DNA of 50,783 nt from Minisyncoccota bacterium (GCA_036517295.1 DATDWZ010000016.1:1-50783); one strand, 5' to 3'. Positions 19,981 through 30,456 are shown, counted from the stretch's first letter. The notes: generated from the sequence alone by a model not told the origin. Numbers and translations: made by a program.

Positions 19981-21120
19981 ATGATAAAAAAGCTGAAGGT
20001 ATTTGTCGGGGTTTCTGGTGGAGTAGACAGCTCTGTGGCTTTGGCGTTGCTTCAAAAGGCTACACCAAATAACTTCTCAAAGTTATTTGGTCGCCCAACC
20101 CCGGAGGGGTTTAGGGGCTACGATGTCACAGGAGTGTTTCTGAAGGTCTGGAATCCAGAGTGGTTACCCTGTAACTGGAAGGAGGAGAGACGGAGCGCCA
20201 TGCGAGTGTGTGCGACCCTAGGCGTTCCATTTCTAACATTTGATTTTGGGAAGGAATACAAGAAAGAGGTGGTGGATTATATGATACGAGAATACGGTGA
20301 GGGACGAGTGCCAAATCCGGATGTTTTTTGCAATAAATATGTGAAGTTTGGAGTCTTTCTTGATAAAGCGCTAGATATGGGAGTTGATTTTATCGCTACC
20401 GGTCATTATGCCATATGTCAAAGAGTCCCTTTGACATATGAGTTACGAGAAAGCGCGGATAAAAATAAAGACCAGAGTTACTTTTTGTACACATTGAGTC
20501 AAGAACAACTAAAACACACACTTTTTCCTGTGGGGCATCTGACAAAACCGGAAGTTAGGAAGTTGGCGAAACGGTTCGGTCTACCAACAGCTGAAAAAAA
20601 AGACAGTCAAGGTCTCTGCTTTATCGGTAAAGTTGATATGAAGGATTTTTTGGCACATTATATCGATATTAAAAAAGGTAACGTTCTCAATACAAAAGGT
20701 GAAGTTATCGGTTCACATGATGGAGCTATGTTTTACACTATAGGCCAAAGACATGGATTTATTATTATAGAAAAAACTTCTACGGATCCACGATTTTTTG
20801 TCGTTTCAAAAAATTTAGAAAAAAATACAATTACTGTCATGGACAAAAAGTCACACAAAGACCTACTTTACTCAACTAAAGCGGTGATACTTCGTGATTT
20901 ATTTTTTATATCCGGGGTGGAACCAAAATTACCCCTAAAGACTTCAGTACGAATTCGCTATCGTCAGGAAAAGCAAAACTGTACTCTTGAAAAGAAAGCG
21001 AACGATTACCAAATTATTTTTGATGAATTACAGAGCGGTGTATCTATCGGTCAATCTGCCGTACTATACGATGGAGAAGTCTGTTTGGGAGGTGGAATAA
21101 TAGAAAAAGTCGTGCAATAA
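19981..21120 (+). CDS. mnmA: tRNA 2-thiouridylase MnmA
   Basis: SGGVDS, PNPDVFCN, ATGHYA, KDQSYFL, DSQGLCF. Confidence 0.96.
   Translation: MIKKLKVFVGVSGGVDSSVALALLQKATPNNFSKLFGRPTPEGFRGYDVTGVFLKVWNPEWLPCNWKEERRSAMRVCATLGVPFLTFDFGKEYKKEVVDYMIREYGEGRVPNPDVFCNKYVKFGVFLDKALDMGVDFIATGHYAICQRVPLTYELRESADKNKDQSYFLYTLSQEQLKHTLFPVGHLTKPEVRKLAKRFGLPTAEKKDSQGLCFIGKVDMKDFLAHYIDIKKGNVLNTKGEVIGSHDGAMFYTIGQRHGFIIIEKTSTDPRFFVVSKNLEKNTITVMDKKSHKDLLYSTKAVILRDLFFISGVEPKLPLKTSVRIRYRQEKQNCTLEKKANDYQIIFDELQSGVSIGQSAVLYDGEVCLGGGIIEKVVQ
20064..20111. repeat. Double hairpin encoding an in-frame insertion in mnmA
   Basis: ACCAAATAACTT-CTCA-AAGTTATTTGGT then AACCCC-GGA-GGGGTT. Confidence 0.65.
20412..20440. repeat. 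Coding palindrome, copy 2 (inside mnmA)
   Basis: CATATGTCAAAG-AGTCC-CTTTGACATATG. Confidence 0.8.
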
Positions 21121-21127
21121 TAACCCT

Positions 21128-21961
21128 ATGTCCAATAAACTCATATATGTTTTAAAAGCCGATGGAACTAAAGAACTATTTGATGTGGTCAAGCTGGAGG
21201 AATCCCTGCTTCATTCCGGAGCATCACCACAACTAACTGCCGATGTGATATTACACATTATTCCCGAAATCGAGGACGGTATGACTACTCAGGAAATTTA
21301 TAGACACGCTTTCGAAATGCTCCACAAAGAGGAAAAGCCGGTGGCTATAAAGTATTCTCTGCGTCACGCCATCATGGAACTTGGGCCATCGGGGTTTCCT
21401 TTTGAAGACTTTGTGGCGGAGATATTTCGTGCCAAAGGTTTTCAGGCGGTTACGGATCAAACAGTAAAGGGGTTTTGTACCCAACACGAAATAGATGTTG
21501 TTGCTTGGAATGATAAAAAATTAATAATGGTAGAAGCTAAATTCCATAATGAACTTGGAACAAAGTCGGACCTGAAAGTGGTTTTGTATATTAAGGCCCG
21601 TTTTGATGATCTCAGAAAGATGAAATTTAACTATGGACGTGAGAGAGAAATTGACGAAGCTTGGCTTGTGACAAATACAAAATTCTCCTCTACGGCGATA
21701 GAGTACGGTTCCTGCCAAGGGGGATTGGTGATGGTTGGTTGGAATTATCCACCAGTAGGCAACTTGCACGATATGATTACGGAGAATAAACTGCATCCAT
21801 TGACCTGTCTTGTTAGTCTAAACGGCAGGGAAAAGAAAGAATTGCTTGGTCAGGGGATTGTTCTGTGTAAAACCATAAAAGAAAACCCAACTCTTTTGGA
21901 GGCTATAGGAGTCAAAGGCGAAGATGCGAGTAAGGTCATGGAAGAAATAAATAATTTATGA
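21128..21961 (+). CDS. ATP-cone plus Mrr-like PD-(D/E)xK nuclease protein
   Basis: VLKADGTKELFD ATP cone; GFPFEDFVAEIF, EIDVVA..VEAK, VTNTKFS. Confidence 0.82.
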   Translation: MSNKLIYVLKADGTKELFDVVKLEESLLHSGASPQLTADVILHIIPEIEDGMTTQEIYRHAFEMLHKEEKPVAIKYSLRHAIMELGPSGFPFEDFVAEIFRAKGFQAVTDQTVKGFCTQHEIDVVAWNDKKLIMVEAKFHNELGTKSDLKVVLYIKARFDDLRKMKFNYGREREIDEAWLVTNTKFSSTAIEYGSCQGGLVMVGWNYPPVGNLHDMITENKLHPLTCLVSLNGREKKELLGQGIVLCKTIKENPTLLEAIGVKGEDASKVMEEINNL

Positions 21962-22560
21962 AAAAAGAAAAAATAAGCAGTTCGAATAAGGCCATTGCCA
22001 ACTTCTTTTTCGAGGTAGGAATGCTCGCCAAGACTCCACGTAGCGGTTTTCATTTTCTCGGCACGGGCGAGCAATCCGTGGCGGAACATGTCAATCGGCA
22101 TGTATTTATCGGGTACGCGCTGGCTCAGATGGATGGGACGGTGGATATGCTGAAGGTCTTGAAGATGTGTCTTTTTCATGACATATCGGAGACCCGAATA
22201 TCGGATCTCAATCACATCCATCAAAAATATGTCAAACGCCGAGAACATAGTGCGGTAAAAGATATTTCTGATTCAGTACCGTTCGGTAAAGACATGTTTA
22301 ATACTTTGCATGAATATGAAGAGCGTAAATCAAGGGAAGCCAGACTGGTAAAAGACGCAGATACTTTAGAATGGATTCTGGCTTTAAAGGAACAATACGA
22401 TACAGGAAACACTCGAGCTTTGGAATGGATAAAGGTTGGAATGGATAAACTAAAAACTGCTCCGGGCAAAGAGATGGCTACCGCGATACTCGATACCAAC
22501 TCGAACGATTGGTGGTTTCCGGCCGATTCTGTGATCAGACGCAAAAAATATATAAAATAG
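21958..22560 (+). CDS. HD-domain hydrolase (YfbR/5'-deoxynucleotidase-like)
   Basis: PRSGF..QSVAEH, FHDISE, KDADTLE. Confidence 0.85.
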   Translation: MKKEKISSSNKAIANFFFEVGMLAKTPRSGFHFLGTGEQSVAEHVNRHVFIGYALAQMDGTVDMLKVLKMCLFHDISETRISDLNHIHQKYVKRREHSAVKDISDSVPFGKDMFNTLHEYEERKSREARLVKDADTLEWILALKEQYDTGNTRALEWIKVGMDKLKTAPGKEMATAILDTNSNDWWFPADSVIRRKKYIK

Positions 22561-22561
22561 C

Positions 22562-23170
22562 ATGCCACTTTCCACGGAAGATCGTTTTGAAGAGATGAGA
22601 AAGATCCGAGACGAACTTCTCGGGTTCAAAAAATCTCCACTTTATAAATACAGGGTTGAAAATAGATATTTCCCTGTGGTGGGCGAGGGGAGCCACAATG
22701 CCCATATAATGTTTATAGGTGAAGCTCCCGGGAAGAACGAAGCCGAAACAGCCAGACCTTTTTGTGGGCGTTCCGGTAAAGTATTGGATGAAATGTTGAC
22801 TTCTATAAATGTGAATCGTGAAGATGTTTATATAACCAATGTCGTAAAAGACCGTCCGCCGGAGAATCGCGATCCGTCACCGGAGGAAATTAAACTATAT
22901 ACACCATTTCTCAATAGACAGATAGACATAATACAGCCAAAAGTCATTGCTACTCTCGGTAGATTTTCTATGGAATACATCATGACCCTCTTAGGTCTAG
23001 GAGATCAATTGAAATCGATAAGTAATATGCACGGCCGAGAGTTTGAAGCGGAGTCGAGTTATGGTAAAGTGACCATCGTGCCCCTATATCATCCGGCCGT
23101 GGCTTTGTATAACGGTTCCAATAAAGAAACTTTGCTTAAGGATTTTAAGGTATTGAAAAAATATGTCTAA
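22562..23170 (+). CDS. Uracil-DNA glycosylase family 4-like
   Basis: GEAPGKNE, PFCGRSG, TNVVKDRPPENRDP, YHPA. Confidence 0.92.
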   Translation: MPLSTEDRFEEMRKIRDELLGFKKSPLYKYRVENRYFPVVGEGSHNAHIMFIGEAPGKNEAETARPFCGRSGKVLDEMLTSINVNREDVYITNVVKDRPPENRDPSPEEIKLYTPFLNRQIDIIQPKVIATLGRFSMEYIMTLLGLGDQLKSISNMHGREFEAESSYGKVTIVPLYHPAVALYNGSNKETLLKDFKVLKKYV

Positions 23171-24938
23171 AAAGATAAACACTGAATGGAATCTATCTCA
23201 ACTTTATAAGTCTCCAGATGATTCTCAAATAGAGAAAGATTTAGTTAGAGCGGAGAAGGCTCATGCCGCCTTTGCCTATAAATACAAAAAAAGTAATTTA
23301 TATCTAAAAAATGAGTCCGCTTTAAAAAAGGCTCTTCAAGAATACGAAAGGTTGGCTGACACAACTAATTTTAGCGGCGGGTTTTATTTAGGATTACTTC
23401 AGACAAAAGATAGCAGTAATCAAAAAGTTATTGCAAAAGCCAATCTTATCTCTCAGAGGATGCAACGAATTGGTAATCTCGTTATGTTTTTTGAGATAAA
23501 TATTTCTAAAATTCCGACCCATATTCAAAAAAAGTTTCTTGTGAGTAAAGACCTTTTTCGTTTCAGGTATTTGTTAAAAAAGTCGTTTGAAACCGGTAAG
23601 TATGTTCTTACGGAACCAGAAGAAAAAATACTTTCTCTGAAATCCCTACCTTCACATAGTTTGTGGGTTGATTTTGTTGGAAAGTTGGTGAGCAAGCAGA
23701 CCGTTACTCATAAAGGTAAGGAAATCTCTGTTTCTGAGGCTAATTATCTTATACCAAACCTACCTACTCAAAAAGAAAGAAAAGAACTTCATAATCAGAT
23801 CGTGGAGAAATATTGGGCGATAGCTGACTCTGCTGAAAGCGAGATTAACGCCATTGTCATCGATAAAAAGATTAATGATGAGTTGCGGGGATTTACTGAG
23901 AGCTATGACGCAACGATTCAGGGTTACGACAATGATAAAAAGAGCGTCTTGAATCTTGTTCGGACTGTGACTGAGAACTTTCATGTATCACAACGATTTT
24001 ATAATCTTAAGGCCAAAATGCTTAAATTAAAAAGACTGTCCTATGCTGATCGTGGGGCACAAGTGGGTAAAACAAATCAAAAGATAACATTTGGAAAGTC
24101 TTATGAGGATTTGTGTCGCATCTTTACATCAGTCGAGCCTGAATTTGGTAGTATATTAAAACGTTTTGTTGTTAATAAACAAATAGACGCCTATCCTAAG
24201 GTGGGAAAAAGAGGTGGAGCTTTCTGTGCGTCTCACCACAAGGCTCCAACTTTCATCCTACTAAACCATGTAGATACCCTCGATTCTCTTATGACGTTTG
24301 GGCATGAGATGGGCCATGCAATCCATAGTGAGTTTTCCAAATCACAACCTGTATTTTATCAGGATTACTCTATGTCTACGGCAGAAGTGGCCAGTACTCT
24401 GTTCGAGTCATTTGTTTTTTATGATCAGCTAGAAAAACTTACAGAAAAAGAAAAGATCGTCGCTCTTCACGACAAGATCCAGGATGATATCGCGACCATC
24501 TTTCGCCAGATCGCATGCTTTAACTTTGAGGCGGAAATGCATAAAACCATACGAGAGAAAGGAAATATGTCCAAAGAAGAACTGGCTTCTTGTATGAATC
24601 GGCACATGAAGAGTTATTTGGGTAATGTTGAGTTAACTGACAAGGACGGATACTTTTTCGTTTCATGGATGCATCTTCGTACTTTCTTTTATGTATATTC
24701 CTACGCCTTCGGTCAGCTCGCAAGTAAAGCTATCTATAAAAAATACCAGGAGAACCCAGCTTATATAAAAGAGATCAAAAAATTCATGTCGCTTGGATGT
24801 TCGATGAGTCCGGAGGATATATTCAAATCTATAGGTGTGGATGTGAAAAAACCTGATTTTTGGAAGAAAGGATTGGAAAGTATAGAGGAAGATATAACAC
24901 TACTTGAATCTTTAGTTAATAAACCCAAGAAAAAGTAG
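23163..24938 (+). CDS. pepF: M3B oligoendopeptidase F
   Basis: WNLSQLY, GKRGGAFC, HEMGH, AEVAS, YVYSYAFG. Confidence 0.9.
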   Translation: MSKKINTEWNLSQLYKSPDDSQIEKDLVRAEKAHAAFAYKYKKSNLYLKNESALKKALQEYERLADTTNFSGGFYLGLLQTKDSSNQKVIAKANLISQRMQRIGNLVMFFEINISKIPTHIQKKFLVSKDLFRFRYLLKKSFETGKYVLTEPEEKILSLKSLPSHSLWVDFVGKLVSKQTVTHKGKEISVSEANYLIPNLPTQKERKELHNQIVEKYWAIADSAESEINAIVIDKKINDELRGFTESYDATIQGYDNDKKSVLNLVRTVTENFHVSQRFYNLKAKMLKLKRLSYADRGAQVGKTNQKITFGKSYEDLCRIFTSVEPEFGSILKRFVVNKQIDAYPKVGKRGGAFCASHHKAPTFILLNHVDTLDSLMTFGHEMGHAIHSEFSKSQPVFYQDYSMSTAEVASTLFESFVFYDQLEKLTEKEKIVALHDKIQDDIATIFRQIACFNFEAEMHKTIREKGNMSKEELASCMNRHMKSYLGNVELTDKDGYFFVSWMHLRTFFYVYSYAFGQLASKAIYKKYQENPAYIKEIKKFMSLGCSMSPEDIFKSIGVDVKKPDFWKKGLESIEEDITLLESLVNKPKKK

Positions 24939-24950
24939 TACAATATATAG

Positions 24951-26759
24951 ATGTTGACATCCAACGAAGTTCGAGAACGATTCCTTCAATTTTTCCAAAA
25001 ACGCGGACACGCCGTTATTCCGTCGGCTTCTCTTGTGCCAGAAAATGACCCCTCTGTGCTTTTCAACACTGCTGGGATGCAACCTCTAGCGCCGTATTTA
25101 CTTGGACAGAGACATCTTTCCGGACAACGATTGGTTGATATTCAGAAATGTGTTCGTACGGTGGATATTGATGAGATTGGAGACAACACTCACGCGACAT
25201 TTTTTGAGATGATGGGGAACTGGTCTCTTGGAGATTATTGGAAAAAAGATGCTATAGAATGGAGTTATGAATTTTTGACATCTACGACAGAAGGTCTGGG
25301 ACTTAACCCTGAGCACCTATTCGTTACTTGCTTTGAAGGTGACGATAATGCTCCACGAGACACGGAATCAGCCGAGATATGGAGAGAAATTTTCAACAAA
25401 AACAATATTAAAGGCGAGAGAATATATTTTCGTCCGGCAAATAAAAACTGGTGGAGCGCCGGAGATAACGGCCCATGCGGACCAGATACGGAAATGTTTT
25501 ACGACCTTACTGGAGACCTGACGAAAGGTATGAATTTAGAGGAATATCTAAAGGCTGATGACGAGCAGAGAGTGGTTGAGATTTGGAATGATGTATTTAT
25601 GGAATATCTGGCAAAGGATGGTAGGGTTGTAGAAAAGTTAAAAACGAAAAATATAGATACGGGTTCCGGTTTTGAGCGAGTTTTGGCTGTTGTTCAGGGC
25701 AAAACAAATATTTTTGATACCGATTTGTTTTTAGAGGCCATAACCTATATTAGGGATAATTCTGTAGTGGGGAATATTAAATCCGAGCGTATTGTCGCCG
25801 ATCATATACGAACGGCTACATTTATGATTTGTGACGGCGTAACTCCATCCAATACTGATAGGGGTTATATACTACGCAGATTATTGAGACGAGCTATTCG
25901 CCACGCCGACATACTTGGCCTAAAAGATCACCCGGAAATCGGTGCCAGTCGCCTCGTGTCCCTTTCTCATATATTCGTCACAAAATATAAAGATGTGTAT
26001 CCTGAAATAATAATCAAATCCAAGATAATTGACGCTGAAATCGAAGAGGAAGACAGGAAATTTAAAAAAACGCTTAGCGAGGGTCTGAGACAACTTGAAA
26101 AATTTACAAATAAAGCCCTTGTTATTAATGGAAAAGATGCATTCGTTCTGTTTTCAACATACGGATTTCCTTTAGAAGTTATACTGGAGATTTGTAAAGA
26201 AAAGGGTGTCTCTGTCGATGCGGAAGGGTTTAATCTAGAGATGAAAAAACATCAAGACCTGTCTCGTAGTGGTGCGGAACAAAGGTTCAAGGGCGGGATG
26301 GGGGATACGAGTTCGGAGTCCATCAAATACCATACAACTACACACTTACTTCACCAGGCGCTTCGCGATGTTTTAGGCGATTCGGTTATACAAAAAGGTA
26401 GCAACATAACCGCCGAAAGACTTCGGTTTGATTTTACTCATGATACAAAAATGACCGATGAAGAAAAGAAGAAAGTTGAAGATGTTGTAAATCATAAAAT
26501 AAAAGAAAACCTTACGGTTAATAAGGTGATAATGAATAAGGAAGAAGCCGAAAAAACCGACGCTACGCATCTATTTGGAGAAAAATACGGGGATGAAGTT
26601 AGTATTTACTATATCGGCGACTCTCTGGAGAATGCATACTCAAAAGAGTTTTGTGGCGGACCTCATGTGGAAAATACGGGAGTGTTAGGACATTTCAAGA
26701 TTGTGAAGGAGGAGGCGATATCTGCCGGCGTGCGGAGAATTAAAGCAATACTCGAATAA
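24951..26759 (+). CDS. alaS: Alanine--tRNA ligase (short form lacking C-Ala domain)
   Basis: DPSVLFNTAGMQ, FEMMGNWS, HTTTHLLH, EFCGGPH. Confidence 0.96.
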   Translation: MLTSNEVRERFLQFFQKRGHAVIPSASLVPENDPSVLFNTAGMQPLAPYLLGQRHLSGQRLVDIQKCVRTVDIDEIGDNTHATFFEMMGNWSLGDYWKKDAIEWSYEFLTSTTEGLGLNPEHLFVTCFEGDDNAPRDTESAEIWREIFNKNNIKGERIYFRPANKNWWSAGDNGPCGPDTEMFYDLTGDLTKGMNLEEYLKADDEQRVVEIWNDVFMEYLAKDGRVVEKLKTKNIDTGSGFERVLAVVQGKTNIFDTDLFLEAITYIRDNSVVGNIKSERIVADHIRTATFMICDGVTPSNTDRGYILRRLLRRAIRHADILGLKDHPEIGASRLVSLSHIFVTKYKDVYPEIIIKSKIIDAEIEEEDRKFKKTLSEGLRQLEKFTNKALVINGKDAFVLFSTYGFPLEVILEICKEKGVSVDAEGFNLEMKKHQDLSRSGAEQRFKGGMGDTSSESIKYHTTTHLLHQALRDVLGDSVIQKGSNITAERLRFDFTHDTKMTDEEKKKVEDVVNHKIKENLTVNKVIMNKEEAEKTDATHLFGEKYGDEVSIYYIGDSLENAYSKEFCGGPHVENTGVLGHFKIVKEEAISAGVRRIKAILE

Positions 26760-26780
26760 AATTTATGCTAAAATAGACGC

Positions 26781-27971
26781 ATGTCGTTCTTATCTTTTTT
26801 AGGAAGGAAAAAGGAAGGAGTCTCTCTACTTATTGATATAGGTAATGGAAGCATTACCGGTGCTTTCGTCCTGTTTTCGGAGGGAAAGAAACCAAAATTT
26901 CTCTATTCTTTGAAAAAGACTTTCACTGTCAGTGAAAAACCGAATGCTCTACGACTGATAGACGGCATGTCTTTATTACTGGATTCTCTTATAGAAATTA
27001 TGGTAAAAGAGGAACCCCAAAAGATCCACTCTGTGGTAGTTTCTCTCTCTTCTCCTTGGTTTATCATAAAAACAAAAGAGATAAAAATATCCGAAAAAGC
27101 CCCATATACTGTAACTGCAGGATTTTTGAATGAAATTTTATCAGAAGAAGAGAAATTATTTATATCGGAAATTATAACCAGTCTTGATTCTGAAGAAGAA
27201 AAAGATTTTGTGGTAGTGGAGAAATCTATAATTCATTCAAAAATTAACGGCTATCCGGTATCGGATATTATAGGTAAAAAAACAAAAACTTTTGAAGCAA
27301 ACCTCTCTATGTCGGCCGTATCACGAAGTATAGAGGAGAAGATAGTTTCTATAATATCTAAGAACACACACTTATCTCGGGATAAAATATTAATGCGCAC
27401 TTTTCCAACAGTTCTGTTTTCCACCATCCGAGACAATTTTGCTAAGGAATCAGATTTTATCTTGATGGATATTACAGGAGAAATAACCGATATAATGGTG
27501 ATTAATAATGATGTCATAGTGAAGATGGCTTCATTTCCGCTAGGTAGGAATTTTGTTATCCGCCAGATCTCCAAAGCTCTTAGTATTTCAACTGAAATAG
27601 CCCTATCCGATATTTCGATGTATATCAAAAACAAAACCCACAAAGAAAGTTCGAATAATATTCAAGGAGTTCTGGAGAATATAGAAAAGGAATGGGCTAT
27701 ATACCTTGAAGATACACTGAATTCTCTATCCGAAGACATGGTGTTTCCGAGAACTTTGTATATAACAACGAACAGTGATACCGCTCCTATTTTCATAGAA
27801 TTTTTAAAACTACCAAAATCCGACACAACATCCGAATTTAGAAAAAATACAAATATAATACATATAAATAGCAGTAGTCTTTCGAACTTTTATGATAGTT
27901 ATTCCGTAATACCGGAGGATGAGTTCGTTGCTTTGTTGGCAGTGTTTTATAACAAGATTGTTCAGGGATAA
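26781..27971 (+). CDS. Divergent actin-fold FtsA/PilM-like protein
   Basis: LLIDIGNGS and ILMDITGEITDI phosphate-loop-like motifs. Confidence 0.6.
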   Translation: MSFLSFLGRKKEGVSLLIDIGNGSITGAFVLFSEGKKPKFLYSLKKTFTVSEKPNALRLIDGMSLLLDSLIEIMVKEEPQKIHSVVVSLSSPWFIIKTKEIKISEKAPYTVTAGFLNEILSEEEKLFISEIITSLDSEEEKDFVVVEKSIIHSKINGYPVSDIIGKKTKTFEANLSMSAVSRSIEEKIVSIISKNTHLSRDKILMRTFPTVLFSTIRDNFAKESDFILMDITGEITDIMVINNDVIVKMASFPLGRNFVIRQISKALSISTEIALSDISMYIKNKTHKESSNNIQGVLENIEKEWAIYLEDTLNSLSEDMVFPRTLYITTNSDTAPIFIEFLKLPKSDTTSEFRKNTNIIHINSSSLSNFYDSYSVIPEDEFVALLAVFYNKIVQG

Positions 27972-28020
27972 ATCCACTTTCGCTTGCAAACCGGGCAATT
28001 TGATATACAATAAAGAGGAA

Positions 28021-28134
28021 ATGAATCCCGTTAGAGATAACGGAAATCGAAAAAGACTATGGTCGAAGCATTAAAACATAATCAGTATAGGAATCATTAC
28101 AAAGTATGTGTGATTTCCTATCTCTAACGGGATG
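28021..28134 (+). mobile_element. Family A start-codon element, copy 1
   Basis: ATGAATCCCGTTAGAGATA...TATCTCTAACGGG-ATG; 15-bp perfect IR. Confidence 0.85.
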
Positions 28135-29466
28135 AAGAAAAATGTTACTCAAGATATTATTCCTCCAAGGAGATCTATCCAAAACATAGATTTTCCGTCC
28201 AGGTCAAAGCGTTTTAAAGAAAAAACCATAAAGGTCGAGTTAAGTAAACCACACACACCTCCTCCACAGGTTCCGGTTGAACCGGAGTTATATCAGTACG
28301 ACGAGCCACCGAAATATTCTAGAAAATTACTCTATATCGCTGCAACTCTTTTAGTTTTAGGTATCGCTTTTGCTATTTCAGCTTTATTCAAAAGCGCGGA
28401 GATTAAAATTGCCCCAAAACAGGAGATTCGTGTTCTAAATTCCGATTTCACAGCAAAGAAGAATGCGACTGGTACCAGCTTGGCTTTTCAGGTTGTGACA
28501 ACCACAAAAGATATAGAGAAAGTAGTTTCAGCAAGCACAGAACAAAAAGTCGACATAAAAGCTCGTGGCCAGATAGTTATATATAACAACTACAGCACCC
28601 AATCTCAGAAATTGGTTGCTACTACGCGCTTTGTCACCCCAGAGGGGCTGATTTTCAGACTGGTTAGTCCTGTTACGGTTCCCGGGCAACAAGTAAAATC
28701 GGGTAAGACGGTTGCCGGTAGTGTAGAGGCAACCGTGGAAGCCGATACTTCGGGAGAATCATATAACATAGGACTGAAAGATTTTACCATCCCGGGCTTC
28801 AAGGGTGATTCGAAATACACAAAAATCTATGCCAGATCAAAAACCGAAATGACGGGTGGATTTCAAGGACTACAAAAGATAATAACCAAGGAGGCTCTCA
28901 TAGTAGCCGACGCTCAAATGGAAAATGATCTGAAAGCTGGGTTGGCCAAAGATATAACTTCCCAGATTCCAGAGAACTTTATTTTATACGAAGAGAGCTT
29001 GTCTTATAAACTTGATCCAGCGACGCAAGTAAGTGCCGGTGTCAAGGCATCGGATCCGACCCAAGCCACTCTGAGAAAGAAGGGTAGAATCAGCGGTATT
29101 ATATTTGACAAAGGAGCTTTGTCACGCACTATTATTGCCAAAATATTACCCGATACTGCCGGAGATATGATAAAAATAACCAATCTAAATAAGCTTAATT
29201 TCACGATTAATCAAGCTGGAACTTTTGACTCGAGTACGAGTATTTCACTCGGTTTTAGCCTGAGTGGTGACGCTAACTTAGTTTGGATTTTTGATGAAAA
29301 CAAGTTAAAAGCCGATGTTCTGGGGTTATCAAAGAAAAATGCCATGGCTGTTATTAGCACCTACAAAACCATCAAAGAAGCATGGATTGAAACCAGTCCG
29401 TTCTGGAACAGCACCATACCGAAGGAGGCTAAAAAGGTTACCCTAGTAAATACCTTGACGAAATAG
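28132..29466 (+). CDS. Single-pass membrane protein with baseplate-J-like beta domain (CPR type)
   Basis: TM segment; KARGQIVIYN..QKLVATTRF..GESYNIG. Confidence 0.65.
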   Translation: MKKNVTQDIIPPRRSIQNIDFPSRSKRFKEKTIKVELSKPHTPPPQVPVEPELYQYDEPPKYSRKLLYIAATLLVLGIAFAISALFKSAEIKIAPKQEIRVLNSDFTAKKNATGTSLAFQVVTTTKDIEKVVSASTEQKVDIKARGQIVIYNNYSTQSQKLVATTRFVTPEGLIFRLVSPVTVPGQQVKSGKTVAGSVEATVEADTSGESYNIGLKDFTIPGFKGDSKYTKIYARSKTEMTGGFQGLQKIITKEALIVADAQMENDLKAGLAKDITSQIPENFILYEESLSYKLDPATQVSAGVKASDPTQATLRKKGRISGIIFDKGALSRTIIAKILPDTAGDMIKITNLNKLNFTINQAGTFDSSTSISLGFSLSGDANLVWIFDENKLKADVLGLSKKNAMAVISTYKTIKEAWIETSPFWNSTIPKEAKKVTLVNTLTK

Positions 29467-29532
29467 GCCTTTTTCTGCTACCATGCTATCTGTTATGCCA
29501 ATATGCCAATACAGAGTATTGGTATTAATATA

Positions 29533-29754
29533 ATGCAAGATCAGAACAAAAAAGATACTGCGATAACAGCACAAGTTACAGAGGCTCTACCAAACACTTT
29601 TTTTAAGGTAAAAAGAGACGACAATGGTGAGAAAATGTTGACATATCTTTCCGGGAAGATGAGATTGCATAGGATTCGAGTTTTGATAGGAGACAAAGTG
29701 ACCGTTGAAATCGACCCTTATGGGGGCAAGGGTAGGATAGTCAAAAGAATTTAA
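29533..29754 (+). CDS. infA: Translation initiation factor IF-1
   Basis: VTEALPN, LSGKMR..IRVLIGDKV; start could be 29503. Confidence 0.93.
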   Translation: MQDQNKKDTAITAQVTEALPNTFFKVKRDDNGEKMLTYLSGKMRLHRIRVLIGDKVTVEIDPYGGKGRIVKRI

Positions 29755-29758
29755 GGGA

Positions 29759-29894
29759 ATGAATCCCGTTAGAGATTATCGGGTTGATTTATAACGGATT
29801 AGGTGATATAAAGATGTGGTCTAAATTAATCATTTTATAAACATAAACTACGGAAATGCCTCTTCAGGAGGGATTTCCTATCTCTAACGGGATG
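29759..29894 (+). mobile_element. Family A start-codon element, copy 2 (before rpmJ)
   Basis: ATGAATCCCGTTAGAGAT...ATCTCTAACGGG-ATG; interior closely similar to copy 3. Confidence 0.85.
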
Positions 29895-30008
29895 AAAGTA
29901 AAATCTTCGGTCAAAAAAATTTGCGAGCACTGTCAGGTAGTGCGTAGAAAGGGCTATGTATATGTTGTTTGTAAAGCTAATGCCCGACATAAACAGAGGC
30001 AAGGATAA
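29892..30008 (+). CDS. rpmJ: 50S ribosomal protein L36 (not in ORF track)
   Basis: Hand translation [38 protein letters not shown]. Confidence 0.96.
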   Translation: MKVKSSVKKICEHCQVVRRKGYVYVVCKANARHKQRQG

Positions 30009-30028
30009 AAACTGACCAAACAAATAAA

Positions 30029-30406
30029 ATGAGAATACTAGGAATAACATTACCAGAGGAAAAAAGAATAGAAATTGGACTGACGGTCCTTTATGGTGTT
30101 GGACGATCACGAGCACATACCATTCTTGATTCGGCAAAAGTATCTTATGGTTTGAAGCCAAAAGAGGTCAGTGTAGATCAGGAAAATGCCATTCGAAAAA
30201 CAATAGAGAGTTTGAAGATTGAGGGCGACCTGAAACGAGAAGTTGCAGGGAATATAAAGAGGTTGAAAGATGTGAAGTCATACCGAGGTAGCCGACACTC
30301 AAAGAATCTACCATCTCGTGGCCAGAGAACAAAAACTAATGCCAGAACAAGACGGGGTGCACGAAAGACTATGGGTACTGGACGCAAGATAGCTGATAAG
30401 AAATAA
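30029..30406 (+). CDS. rpsM: 30S ribosomal protein S13
   Basis: YRGSRH..LPSRGQRTKTNARTR. Confidence 0.97.
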   Translation: MRILGITLPEEKRIEIGLTVLYGVGRSRAHTILDSAKVSYGLKPKEVSVDQENAIRKTIESLKIEGDLKREVAGNIKRLKDVKSYRGSRHSKNLPSRGQRTKTNARTRRGARKTMGTGRKIADKK

Positions 30407-30456
30407 CCAACAATTTTAAATTTAAAATTTTAAATTTAAAATTAAATCAAAAAATC

